This document shows, piece by piece, positions 31,141 through 41,233 of a DNA stretch of 61,051 nucleotides. The notes beneath the pieces were generated by a model. It was not told where the DNA came from. It was given only the letters and a program-made list of their open reading frames with translations, and made no database searches. The stretch spans positions 1 to 61,051 of IMG/VR virus record IMGVR_UViG_3300044638_006390; one strand, 5' to 3'. Origin of the DNA: a virus (lineage: Duplodnaviria > Caudoviricetes). The position numbers were made by a program, and so were the translations under genes. Each line of letters begins with the position of its first letter. Position 1 is the stretch's first letter.

Positions 31141-31920
31141 TCATATTTTTATATGGTTTTCAAATAAAATAGATTCTCTTGTGTCACCAGACTTAGCTAG
31201 GTGTTGTAACATCTCTTCATGCATAACATGCAGGGCGTAGATATATGAAGCACTGTATAAATTAAGGCCTTTTTGCTTAGCTTCTAGACTCCAACCAAGA
31301 TCTTCACCTTGCGAATGGACTGCGTAGCTTATTGATTCATATGCTTTTTTAGACATCATTTTTGCTGCCATAATTACGTCAGACTTAAAATAAGTCCCAA
31401 GTGGATAATCTTTTCTGCGATAAGCTCTTCCGTCATCTTCATCTGACCAAGTCATTACGCTTGGATAGTCTACCCCGACTGGAGTCATGAACATCAATGG
31501 ACTAACTGCATCTGCGCCTTCTTTTATGTGATTAATTAAAAGCTCTATCGTTGCAGGATTTTTTAATATTATATCAGAATCAAGACTAAAATAATATTCA
31601 GGCTTAACTTCTCTCACTCTTTCTAGAATGTGATTTCTTAGCGATACCATATTGTAGTACTTTGACATTGTCCACTGTCTTGAGTTTTTTTGATGCTCAA
31701 AATGCGGTATGTCAGATCTTTCATGTACTTCAAAAAATGGAATCTCTGGATGTTGATTACGCCATGCTGATAATATATTTTTTATATTAAGATCGTCTGG
31801 CGATGTTTCAAATATAAAACCTATCTCATCTAAGGGGATAGATTGTCTCTCTAGAGCTGAAGCCCATAGCGGAAATATCCAATCTCTTTTATATATTGGA
31901 CAGCCTATTAATAACTTCAT
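31141..31920 (-). CDS. GT-A fold glycosyltransferase
   Basis: LRNHIL...YYFSLDSD (DxD)...GEDLGWS...H. Confidence 0.8.
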   Translation of the reverse strand: MKLLIGCPIYKRDWIFPLWASALERQSIPLDEIGFIFETSPDDLNIKNILSAWRNQHPEIPFFEVHERSDIPHFEHQKNSRQWTMSKYYNMVSLRNHILERVREVKPEYYFSLDSDIILKNPATIELLINHIKEGADAVSPLMFMTPVGVDYPSVMTWSDEDDGRAYRRKDYPLGTYFKSDVIMAAKMMSKKAYESISYAVHSQGEDLGWSLEAKQKGLNLYSASYIYALHVMHEEMLQHLAKSGDTRESILFENHIKI

Positions 31921-31921
31921 C

Positions 31922-32233
31922 TTATTCTGAAACTGTTGTCACTTCTTCTTTTGAAGCACTAGCTTTAGCTGCAGGCTTCTTAGCCTCTTGAACCTCTACT
32001 GGCTTAATCTCTTCTACTTTTTTTTCAACTTCCACAACAGCAGGAGCAACAACTTCTTCGTCATCATCTTGCATCATTGCACTAAAAATGTCTGCAAAAG
32101 TATCTATGATATTTACCAAGATTTCAAGAGCAAGGCGTGTTTGCCCGTTGTTAACTGCAATTCTAAATCCGTCGATTGCATTTTCTTCTTGAAGATATCT
32201 TTTTGACTCTTCGGATTCAATTATTAAACTCAT
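31922..32233 (-). CDS. Hypothetical protein
   Basis: 103-aa ORF overlapping portal stop. Confidence 0.6.
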   Translation of the reverse strand: MSLIIESEESKRYLQEENAIDGFRIAVNNGQTRLALEILVNIIDTFADIFSAMMQDDDEEVVAPAVVEVEKKVEEIKPVEVQEAKKPAAKASASKEEVTTVSE

Positions 32234-33942
32234 TGTTTATCCTCGTTGATTGTGGTTTGTTGTCTTTCGACTTTAGTGTCTTCAATTAATTTATCGACTA
32301 CAACTATATTATACTGTTCTTCCAGCAAATTTTCAACTAATCCAAGCCATGCATTATCTGATCTTTTAATATTTGGAGAAGTTCTTCTGCCGGACTGGTT
32401 TTGAGGTCTCATTACATTTCCAGCACCTCTTCTCGAAGAAGTCGGATTAGACTGTCCCTTTGGAGCAGACTGTTGCTTATCTCCGTCTTTGGCAACGTCA
32501 ACTGGTTGTTGATCTTGATTTACTTTTGCTAGTTTTATTTGAGCTTTGGATTGAATTTCTGATTGAGCTTTAGCAATATCAATCTGCACTTTGCCTTGAA
32601 TTGAATTATATAAATCGTCCAATTCAACTTCTGGATCAATATTTAATTGAGTTCTAGCTTCCGTTAATGTAATTAAAGAGCTAACATACTTTTGTATTAT
32701 ATGTGTTTCTTTTTTAACCTGTGTGTCAACGTCAATCTCATTAAACTTAAAGAAGCATCTGTCGGAAACGCCAGACTCGTATGGATTAACCAGTGGATCA
32801 AACCCGCCTTCAAACAAAAGTTCGTTTAAGATATGGACTCTTACCATTTCCGAAAACTGCTTTTGGAACTGCTTAATCTTGTCGTAGAGAGCTGTGTCCA
32901 GTCTTTCTGACATAGACCTATTTCCGCCACCCATGCTCATTCCAAGGTGATGAGGAGCAACTCCAAGGCCTATAGCAACTCTTTCCTTGAAGTGATCAAT
33001 GTAGGAAGATGCATCGAGTGATGCACCATTTGCGCCTATGACATCAACGTTATGTCTGAACGGAAGAATTAATCCGCCTTCAGCTCTAAGGTTTTCAATT
33101 TCAAAAGCAGCTTGATCAATTTCTTCTGGCTCTGCTGGCTGATCTGCTGTACCAATAGTGTATTTATATAGAGGGAATAATTCTCTATGAACAAGGTTTT
33201 GGATGTCTTCTTCTATCTGACGAAGAGCAACAACGTCATCTAAAACGTTTGAAAGGAAAGGAGTGCCAAAAGCTCTTCCTGGCTTTCTCTCAAAAAACAA
33301 ATGTATAACTCTATCTGCACTCCATACGGGATCTGTGTCTGATGGGGCATAGGTTAGGGGATTTGTTTCCTGCATGTATTGCTTAGGCTTATTGAATTTA
33401 TCTCTAAGTATTCTTGTCTGCTCAGTTGGTATGAGGTAATATCCAACCACTGGTTGAGATCCGCTAATTGGCGTAAGGCTTGTAGGAAAGTACTCAGAAA
33501 GATCTGCTCGAGCCTTAACAATAAATACGTTAGCAAACTTAAACAGTTGATCTGACAAATCAACAAGGAAGTCCAAGAATGGACGCTTCATAGCCATTTC
33601 CATGTAGTCTATTCTCTGATATAGGTACGCAACAGCTTCTGGATTTTCTCCAACTATTTGCCAACCCTCTTTCCAGAATAGGTCTTTATACTTTGCCATT
33701 GCCTGCTTGACATAAGAGTCAGTATCTATAGCCTGTATAATTCTTTCAAAGTTATATGGCGATGGTTCAAAGTCACTTCTACCAGTGTAGTAGTAGTTTG
33801 AGCCTCTATAGCCCAAAGCAAGAGCAGCTACACGCATACTCTTGTTAAGGCCAGTTATTTGAGATGGACTAAACTGCGCTGCAGCAAAGTCTAGCTCTTC
33901 GACTTGGTTATTTGAAAAAGGTAAATACTTACTTAGGGCCAT
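32230..33942 (-). CDS. Portal protein
   Basis: VIHL...AFGTPFL, IGLGVAPHHLG, LITLTEAR portal-like motifs; upstream of protease. Confidence 0.85.
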   Translation of the reverse strand: MALSKYLPFSNNQVEELDFAAAQFSPSQITGLNKSMRVAALALGYRGSNYYYTGRSDFEPSPYNFERIIQAIDTDSYVKQAMAKYKDLFWKEGWQIVGENPEAVAYLYQRIDYMEMAMKRPFLDFLVDLSDQLFKFANVFIVKARADLSEYFPTSLTPISGSQPVVGYYLIPTEQTRILRDKFNKPKQYMQETNPLTYAPSDTDPVWSADRVIHLFFERKPGRAFGTPFLSNVLDDVVALRQIEEDIQNLVHRELFPLYKYTIGTADQPAEPEEIDQAAFEIENLRAEGGLILPFRHNVDVIGANGASLDASSYIDHFKERVAIGLGVAPHHLGMSMGGGNRSMSERLDTALYDKIKQFQKQFSEMVRVHILNELLFEGGFDPLVNPYESGVSDRCFFKFNEIDVDTQVKKETHIIQKYVSSLITLTEARTQLNIDPEVELDDLYNSIQGKVQIDIAKAQSEIQSKAQIKLAKVNQDQQPVDVAKDGDKQQSAPKGQSNPTSSRRGAGNVMRPQNQSGRRTSPNIKRSDNAWLGLVENLLEEQYNIVVVDKLIEDTKVERQQTTINEDKQ

Positions 33943-34005
33943 AGCGGTTTTGTACTCCAGGAATAGGTTTTATCACTGTATAGTACAGTTTATGTTGATT
34001 TATTT

Positions 34006-34209
34006 TCAGCTTTGAATGCCGGCGTCTTCAAAGGTCTTCTTAAGGATGATCTGCTTTACAGCTTCAATCCAAAAGATTGTCTCTGGCTCTGAGAAGTCGC
34101 TCTTGTAGGCGAGGTTCTGATTGCTGATTTCAATGACAACCTGAAACTTCTTTTCTTCTAATTCTGCTTCTGGAGTGACTGCTTCTGGGGTTATTTTTTC
34201 TTTTGACAT
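34006..34209 (-). CDS. Small hypothetical protein
   Basis: 67-aa ORF coupled to neighbour. Confidence 0.55.
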   Translation of the reverse strand: MSKEKITPEAVTPEAELEEKKFQVVIEISNQNLAYKSDFSEPETIFWIEAVKQIILKKTFEDAGIQS

Positions 34210-34400
34210 TATTTTGCTTTCTTTACTTGTTCTGTTGGAACCTCAAAATCATCTTTTACAGATGGATTTTGAAGCTGTTGAATTTGTAGTGATAATTGTT
34301 TAATAGTTGCTTCTTTTACCACTAGCTCAGTTATCAACTGAGAAACTTTTTCTTGAAATGTTTGAATAATTAGATTTACATCTAAGTTAGACTCTTGCAT
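34209..34400 (-). CDS. Small coiled-coil hypothetical protein
   Basis: 63 aa, AGGAG upstream, GTGATATACT further upstream. Confidence 0.6.
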   Translation of the reverse strand: MQESNLDVNLIIQTFQEKVSQLITELVVKEATIKQLSLQIQQLQNPSVKDDFEVPTEQVKKAK

Positions 34401-34445
34401 TGCTTCTCCTAATATAGAAATTACTTGTAGAGTATATCACTTACT

Positions 34446-36806
34446 TTACTGTGCTGCAAGTTGTGCTTCTAAAGATTCAACTCTTTCAATTAAACTCTGA
34501 ACGACCTTCATAGTCAGAGGTACTAATGTGTCACTTTTATAATACCTTAGCTTCATATTATTAACCATTTCATCTGTAATATTTGGCCAAGCCTGTGCAA
34601 GCTCATCACTAATACGATAAGTGGATAGTTGCTTATTTGACTCTTCTATTTCTTCTGCAATAAATCCATAATCTATATCCATTCTTCTTAATTGCGTAGT
34701 ATATTCTGTGTCTTCTGGTGATGGTTTCCAAGTAAATTTTCTTGGCCTTAAAGTCCTTATTATATTAAATGCTTCTTCTAAAGATATATCTTGTATATTC
34801 TCTTTTAATTCCCTCAAAGAACCGGGGTCTGCTAGATACCTGTACCCTGCAGTTGCTGAATCGTCTATTCTTGCAACAACACTATTTGAAGTTCTTGTCC
34901 CACTAAAGTCTTTTGAAATAAGATCAAAATTGCCAGTTCCTTCTCCAAGTAAAATATCTCCATGAACCATTAGAGTTCTGCTACCCGATGGCCTTCCACC
35001 TATTCCTGTAAAGCTTGCGTCTAGTTGCAATGCGTTAGTAGAGCTTTGCAATCTGGTCACCCTTGCTGGACCTGATGTTTGTCCAATTAATTGATTTACA
35101 GAAAAATATTGATAATCTGTTGGATTGTTGTTTATGTCTAGTGCAGTTGGTCCGCCTAACCTAATTGAGTATGTCGTAGAACCGCTTGGCCTTCCATGGT
35201 AAATGAAAATATTTCCATTAGTTGCACCAGATGTACCGCCATCAGCTCTAATTTGAAGTCCGCCATCAGTACCTCCTGTTGCCCCTGTTGCATATACGTT
35301 ATTCATGAACCCATTGCCAGATCCATCTACCCTAAATAAATTGTTAGTACTATTAAAAGTTGAACCACTAATTGTTGACGCACTGACAGTGCCAGTAAAT
35401 GTAGCTGATCCGTCAGAATTAATAGAGACTGTATTGGTTCCACTTGCATTATAAGCCTTGAGACCATTGGAATCTAATTGCACTCTATTGGCAGTTGTAT
35501 TTCCATTGGAGGTTATCGTTACTCCAACGCCACTAATTTGTGTTATTTGCTTTGAAGCGTTTTGACTAACCCCATTGCCTGCCTGTAATGCTCCTGCTCC
35601 AGTTGCTGCGTTAGACGCAACTGTTGATACTGCTGTACCACCTATGCCTATAGTTACGGTCCCATCAACTACTAAGTTAGTTCCATCATAAAGTAACTTA
35701 CTGCCTATAGAAAATTTATTTGCTCCTGCATTAAGGCCTGCAAAAAATATTGAACTTCCATAACCGCCTGATCCAAACTGTATACTATTTGTACCTATAG
35801 TTAGTCCACCAGCGGTTGAACTTTCAATCGTTGCGTTAGTTGTAATTGCTCCAGTAACAGTAAGGTTACCGTTATCAACCTTTATAAAATTAGTGTTGTT
35901 TCCAACTTTTAATAAAGACTGGCCAGTAGCTCCACCAGTTGGATTCCAGTAAAGCTGATTTGTTGCATCTCCTACAACAAGAACGCTTGACTCATCTGCA
36001 TTATTTGCAGCGTTGCGTCCCCAACGATTATACTCATTTAACCAAAGGCTTCTTGCAGCAAGTGAGCCTCTGATCGAGGCTGATCCAAACTCTGCTGTAC
36101 CATCTCCTCTAATAATCCAACCAGATGTTCCGCTTGTCCATACTCCTGTAGTTGGGTTATAGCTTCCATTGTAATCAGAAGATCTTATAATGGCTGTTGT
36201 TGCTGGTGGAGTTATTGTGGTTTGCGCACCTGATTGAGTCAAAACTATTTCATGTGCACCGATTGTTCCAGCTGTTATCTTTGCAGCAGTTAAATCTTGA
36301 ATAAATTGACTTTCAATTAATTGCGTAGTTGCAGACGCAGACGCAGAAGAAAAAGCTCCTGCATTTCCTGCGGTATTTACAGCTCTTACCTTAGCCTTGT
36401 ACGAAACAGGCGTTGGCGAAGCTCCTGTCAAGGTTGTGTTGTCAAGATCAGAAATAACAACCAGATTAGACTTTGTTATTCCAGAAACCATAGCTCCATC
36501 TGTTGTTGTGGATGCTCTTGCCTTTAGGGCTGTTTCAGTAACATCATTTGCTAAATATATTTTATATTCATAATAATCAAGGTCAACCATTGATGCATGA
36601 TTAAACCTGAGCATTGCAGACTTAAAGTTCGCTGCCAACAAAACACCAGTAATACTAGATGGACTCGATACAACGCCTGGAGTCTGAACCCTGATTGTGT
36701 CTGGAATAGCGTCAATAGCAGATATCTCTGTATTCTTTGGCTTTAAACTAAATAGATAATTAGTTGCTGGTTTTAATCCAGTTATAGTTTTTTTAATTGT
36801 TGCCAT
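34446..36806 (-). CDS. Tail fibre/spike with FN3-like N-terminus and S74-type intramolecular chaperone
   Basis: TGLKPATNY, KVRAVNTAGN; C-terminal SLRELKENI...YGFIAEE...LIERVESLE. Confidence 0.8.
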   Translation of the reverse strand: MATIKKTITGLKPATNYLFSLKPKNTEISAIDAIPDTIRVQTPGVVSSPSSITGVLLAANFKSAMLRFNHASMVDLDYYEYKIYLANDVTETALKARASTTTDGAMVSGITKSNLVVISDLDNTTLTGASPTPVSYKAKVRAVNTAGNAGAFSSASASATTQLIESQFIQDLTAAKITAGTIGAHEIVLTQSGAQTTITPPATTAIIRSSDYNGSYNPTTGVWTSGTSGWIIRGDGTAEFGSASIRGSLAARSLWLNEYNRWGRNAANNADESSVLVVGDATNQLYWNPTGGATGQSLLKVGNNTNFIKVDNGNLTVTGAITTNATIESSTAGGLTIGTNSIQFGSGGYGSSIFFAGLNAGANKFSIGSKLLYDGTNLVVDGTVTIGIGGTAVSTVASNAATGAGALQAGNGVSQNASKQITQISGVGVTITSNGNTTANRVQLDSNGLKAYNASGTNTVSINSDGSATFTGTVSASTISGSTFNSTNNLFRVDGSGNGFMNNVYATGATGGTDGGLQIRADGGTSGATNGNIFIYHGRPSGSTTYSIRLGGPTALDINNNPTDYQYFSVNQLIGQTSGPARVTRLQSSTNALQLDASFTGIGGRPSGSRTLMVHGDILLGEGTGNFDLISKDFSGTRTSNSVVARIDDSATAGYRYLADPGSLRELKENIQDISLEEAFNIIRTLRPRKFTWKPSPEDTEYTTQLRRMDIDYGFIAEEIEESNKQLSTYRISDELAQAWPNITDEMVNNMKLRYYKSDTLVPLTMKVVQSLIERVESLEAQLAAQ

Positions 36807-37763
36807 TTAAGTTATTGTCCCTGTTGTGCTAAAAATTATTCCTTCGTATATTTCTTCATCCTCTAGTTCTAAGTTATAGTTTTTATTAAAAGAATATTGA
36901 TTAATCTTAAAATCTTTGTCAGAAGAGTTAATATTTTTTTTGTCTAATATTTCTATCTCAAAAGAAAACGATCCATATAAATCTTCGTAAGAAGTTAATA
37001 TATCTAAAGTTCTAATATCAATAGAGAATATTACTTCATCTTCAAGAGTAGTAGAATTATATAGATCAATCTCTTGTGATTTAACTTCCATTTGACCAGT
37101 AGTGGTCAAGGATGTTTTGTTAATCTTTATAGATATTATTCCAGAGCTAGGAGTTTTTTGTCCATTAATTTTTAAGAGTGGACCACTAAAAGATCCAAGA
37201 ACTTTATTTCCAGGAGTGTTACTTTTTTGATTTTGCCAAGAACCATCTCCAGGAATAAATGAAACTGCAGAAATTCTAGAGTTAGTACTATCTGCTTTCA
37301 CTACGTTTGAATAGTAGTTAACAGCGTTCGTTGATTGTGCTATAAAGTTTGCGCCATTAGGATTGGCGGTTTGATAATAAGATCCATCTGTCAACTGCAT
37401 ATATTGCACGTTGTCGTTATGATAATAAACATAATAATTGCCGGCAGGGACTGCTCCTGAATTAACTTCTGCAAGAGACTTAAAGCATAGGTTTGCGTCA
37501 GAGTCTATAATGCTATAGGTTAGCCTATTGATTGTATCAGTTTCGTAGACAACTGCATAAGAATCGTCATCAAATCCAACGTCTATTGATCCGTCTTGTT
37601 TCTTGGAATAAACTCTACCTATATTGACGTCTTCCATCGAGACGTAAATCCAGTCTCCAACTTTTAGATTTTCTGATGCAGCATCAAAAGCAATTTTCCT
37701 TCTTACTGCGGGGTAAGCAACAGCTGGAGGTGTTCCGTTTGAAGTGTAATTAAACCATGCCAT
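36807..37763 (-). CDS. Hypothetical (probable virion) protein
   Basis: 318-aa ORF coupled to fibre gene. Confidence 0.55.
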   Translation of the reverse strand: MAWFNYTSNGTPPAVAYPAVRRKIAFDAASENLKVGDWIYVSMEDVNIGRVYSKKQDGSIDVGFDDDSYAVVYETDTINRLTYSIIDSDANLCFKSLAEVNSGAVPAGNYYVYYHNDNVQYMQLTDGSYYQTANPNGANFIAQSTNAVNYYSNVVKADSTNSRISAVSFIPGDGSWQNQKSNTPGNKVLGSFSGPLLKINGQKTPSSGIISIKINKTSLTTTGQMEVKSQEIDLYNSTTLEDEVIFSIDIRTLDILTSYEDLYGSFSFEIEILDKKNINSSDKDFKINQYSFNKNYNLELEDEEIYEGIIFSTTGTIT

Positions 37764-37765
37764 TA

Positions 37766-39340
37766 TTAAATCTCTTTATAAAGTATCTCAAACTCATAAG
37801 AGTTTGCACTGTCGTCATTAATTTCAATCTCAAAAGAAGCCTCATACTGGACGTTGCCACCTATTAATAATACCTCATTAAGGCCTGTTAAAACTAGATT
37901 CTGATAAGGTTTAGTAAGGACTGAATCATAGTATGCATTTCTTGCAGATTCGTAGTCAATTGCGTCAGCAGGAATTGCAAGACTTCCATCGGTACCATCG
38001 TGTTTGTGAACAGCAAGATCTATACCTCCTATTGTTACTCCAGACACTATGTCTATATTGCCTTCTATGGTTCCACCGTCTGACCTAAGATACTGGGAAT
38101 GAGGATTGCCGTCTAAATCATCTAGGTCATTATGAGAAGACCTAAGGCTTGCTCTACTACTCTCATCGGGCTCTATCGCCATAAAAGTTTCTTTGTATGA
38201 ATCTATATTTTGTATGGCATCTGTTATTAGTATCTTATTTCTTTTTGTTCCCTTTACTTCAAGCTGCATAAGATAGTTAATGTATCTTCTTTTCAATCTT
38301 ATTGCTTGTAGCAGTGCATCAAACTTGTTGTAATACTGATTATTCCTTTCAACAACGTCTGCAGTTATTGCGCCTAAGTTTCCTGTTATTGCACTTTCTG
38401 CAGTAAACATCTCTTTAAGCAGTGTCGGAATTTCTTTTCCAATCTCAGTCGTTTTCAGATCGTACATCATTGGCTCAATGACTTTAGACATAACGCTTAA
38501 CGCCGGCATTAAGTAATTATTATAAAAAGTTCTTGACGTATCTTGACTGTCTCTTTTTATTAGACTTAGTAAAGTTTGGATTTCAGTTGTTAGCGAATTT
38601 ATTTTGATAGAAAAAAACGCTTGGAATTGCGCGGCTTGTTTTTGAGATATTTGATCCACTTCGGCAGTGGGGATAGATACTGGTCCTGATGTGATTTCAG
38701 CTGCAATTTGTTTCGTGTAGTGTGTTGTTGTCTTCGCCCAGTCTGCGAAGTACTTTGAGATTTGTGCTTCGGTATCATTTCTATACTCTTCCCCCAAATA
38801 GTGTATGGCAATGTTTTTTAATATAGTTAATTCACTTAAAGTATACTTTAGTGCTTTTCTTGCTTCTACTAAGTGCCCAAAAGTTGAATGACTGATTATC
38901 AAGTCATACTCTTTGATGAACGCTCTACATGATCTACATAAGTGTTTCTCTGCAAATAGATATTGAGGGTAACAAATAAAGCCTGGTTCTTGCATCGCTG
39001 ATGCTGTTGGATCTGACTTTAATACATCTTTCCAAACAGCAGAATGAGCAACCTCAAGCTCTATGCTTGCGTATGGGTCTATGTTGACCTGATCAAGATT
39101 TTCTTCTATTTCATTTATCATTCCACCTATGTGGAATTCAGCTTGAATAATATAATTTCTTAGCTCTTCTATTGATATCTGTGATTTTTCAGTACTTAAA
39201 TTATTTCTTCTTGAACCTTTTTTAATGTTTTCAAATGAATTCAATCTTTCTTCAGAAGAATTAAATGAACTAACTGATTCTGGAGAATCTGAAAAAACGT
39301 CTTCAATTGGTGAGCTTTTACCTAAGCCATATGTAGCCAT
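37766..39340 (-). CDS. Hypothetical (probable virion) protein
   Basis: 524 aa; HNDLDDL...HSQYL and HKHDG motifs as seen in fibre-like proteins. Confidence 0.55.
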   Translation of the reverse strand: MATYGLGKSSPIEDVFSDSPESVSSFNSSEERLNSFENIKKGSRRNNLSTEKSQISIEELRNYIIQAEFHIGGMINEIEENLDQVNIDPYASIELEVAHSAVWKDVLKSDPTASAMQEPGFICYPQYLFAEKHLCRSCRAFIKEYDLIISHSTFGHLVEARKALKYTLSELTILKNIAIHYLGEEYRNDTEAQISKYFADWAKTTTHYTKQIAAEITSGPVSIPTAEVDQISQKQAAQFQAFFSIKINSLTTEIQTLLSLIKRDSQDTSRTFYNNYLMPALSVMSKVIEPMMYDLKTTEIGKEIPTLLKEMFTAESAITGNLGAITADVVERNNQYYNKFDALLQAIRLKRRYINYLMQLEVKGTKRNKILITDAIQNIDSYKETFMAIEPDESSRASLRSSHNDLDDLDGNPHSQYLRSDGGTIEGNIDIVSGVTIGGIDLAVHKHDGTDGSLAIPADAIDYESARNAYYDSVLTKPYQNLVLTGLNEVLLIGGNVQYEASFEIEINDDSANSYEFEILYKEI

Positions 39341-39352
39341 AATATTTTTTTC

Positions 39353-41230
39353 CTAAAATGTCGATCTTTTAATTCTAGAAGAAGGTTTTCTTCCACTTCT
39401 TTTTTTGAATCCAAGTACGTTTTCTGAAACTGCTTCTGCTCTTCCAGTAGCAAACCCAGAGCCTTTTTCTTTTTCGTTAACTTCGTCACCTGACTGTTTT
39501 GGCATAAAGAAAGTGTTAGAAAAAGATTCCGTATTTGTGGCAAATCTTGCTTTGTGCAACTCGCTGTAGTTCTGAGTAATAGACAGTAAAGCTAGCATGA
39601 GTGCGTCGTGCGCGTGGTCTACTGCTGAACCGCCAGCTTCAAACACTGGTCTTCCTGTTTGGGTAGTTCTAACAACAACATAAGAGATTAGCTGCATAAA
39701 CATTTCATCGTCTTTTGCTGGAAATACAATTGATTCTTTTTCTAAGTACTGACGAAGGTTATCTACCATGTATGGTTTAATCTCTTTTTTAACAACCTGT
39801 TTAGTATAAGGATCTCTAACGTCTATTGTTTCGCTAAAGCTAACTCCTTTTACTCTTGTCTTTAGTCCTGATATTGGATTTTCTACGCCATACTTATGAA
39901 GGAGTTCTACTTGTACTTCTCCATATCCACGGTCAACATAAATATGTTTAGGCATGTAGATGTCGTTTAGTTCTACGATTCTAGATACTGCTTTAGTCAG
40001 AGTATATTCTGATCTTTCAATTTCTTCTCTGTATGCAAGTTTTACTTTGTTTCTAAATCTAGGGTCTTCGTATGCATCAGAACAAACTTCCAGAACAACT
40101 ATATTTGTTCCTGCTCCGTACTTGTCCCAGTCAACACCAATAGTGTGAAAGCTTCTTGCAGAAGTCATCTCTGGATTATAGTTCCAACTTGGCTCAATAA
40201 AAGCTTTATCTACATACTTGCGCGGGTACACGCCTTCAGCGTCTTCTCCCCAGTCTGCTTCAATTTCGTGTCTGTATCCAATTTCAGAATACTGTTCTCT
40301 GAATTCATCTTCTTGCTCTTTAGCAAAGTATGGGTTGCAATATGAAGGAAACCAAAACTCTTTAAATCTTTCTGACCTACACCATTCCCAAAATCTTTCT
40401 CGCCTACCCGTTGGGGTAGATGCGCCAATCAAAACTTTGTCTGGTTGATCTTCTGCGGTTTTCTGCAACATTGCATACAGTGCATCTAGATCATCTGCAT
40501 GCATATAGTCCATTTCGTCAAGAACAATAACATGGGCTTCTTGACCACGAGCTACGTCTGACTTTCCACCAGAACGCATTCCTGATGTAAAAAATCTAAT
40601 TGTTGATCCATTACTGAACTGAATCATAAACTGAGGGCTTGTTACTTTTCTTGTGATTGAATTTAAAACAATCTCATTGTTAGCTGCAAGCCTTAGAATC
40701 TCTTGATAGATTAATTCTACGTGAGATTTCATTGGAGCAATAACTAGACATCTTCCGTCCTTATGAGTATAACTATAGTGAAGCAAGTAAACTGCCATAC
40801 TAAAAGTTTTACCTAAACGACGACCAGCTCTTAATACTTTTCTTGAAGCTGGATCTCTTAGAATGAGAGTTTGATAGACTCTTGTTTCTACATTTAAAAA
40901 TTGTCTTGCCCATACGCATGGGTCTTTGGCTATGTGTATTTGCCTTTGTTGCTCAGCAGAAATGCCGGCATCTAACAATTCTTCATCTATTTCAAAAGGT
41001 TCATCTATCAATAAAGCAAGTTCTCTATTAGTCAACTGCCTGCCTGCTATTGGAGAACCATCTGCCCAGTTTAGGTGAGTAAGTTTATTCTCAAAAACCC
41101 ATTCAATTCTATTGATTTGTTTATACGTTTCAACATCTTGAGCTTTTATTACTTCTAAAAGATCTTCTCTAGACAGCTTTTCTAAGTCTTGTCTAAACTT
41201 TTTAGTTTTATTTGAAATTGATAAACTCAT
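39353..41230 (-). CDS. terL: Terminase large subunit
   Basis: Walker A AGRRLGKT, Walker B IVLDE, ASTP motif, nuclease GVDW and DHAHDAL. Confidence 0.92.
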   Translation of the reverse strand: MSLSISNKTKKFRQDLEKLSREDLLEVIKAQDVETYKQINRIEWVFENKLTHLNWADGSPIAGRQLTNRELALLIDEPFEIDEELLDAGISAEQQRQIHIAKDPCVWARQFLNVETRVYQTLILRDPASRKVLRAGRRLGKTFSMAVYLLHYSYTHKDGRCLVIAPMKSHVELIYQEILRLAANNEIVLNSITRKVTSPQFMIQFSNGSTIRFFTSGMRSGGKSDVARGQEAHVIVLDEMDYMHADDLDALYAMLQKTAEDQPDKVLIGASTPTGRRERFWEWCRSERFKEFWFPSYCNPYFAKEQEDEFREQYSEIGYRHEIEADWGEDAEGVYPRKYVDKAFIEPSWNYNPEMTSARSFHTIGVDWDKYGAGTNIVVLEVCSDAYEDPRFRNKVKLAYREEIERSEYTLTKAVSRIVELNDIYMPKHIYVDRGYGEVQVELLHKYGVENPISGLKTRVKGVSFSETIDVRDPYTKQVVKKEIKPYMVDNLRQYLEKESIVFPAKDDEMFMQLISYVVVRTTQTGRPVFEAGGSAVDHAHDALMLALLSITQNYSELHKARFATNTESFSNTFFMPKQSGDEVNEKEKGSGFATGRAEAVSENVLGFKKRSGRKPSSRIKRSTF

Positions 41231-41233
41231 ATT

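Noticed and set aside
39322-39543. 73-aa ORF overlapping terL end
   Set aside because: Out-of-frame overlap with no start signal; terL and the next gene are complete.
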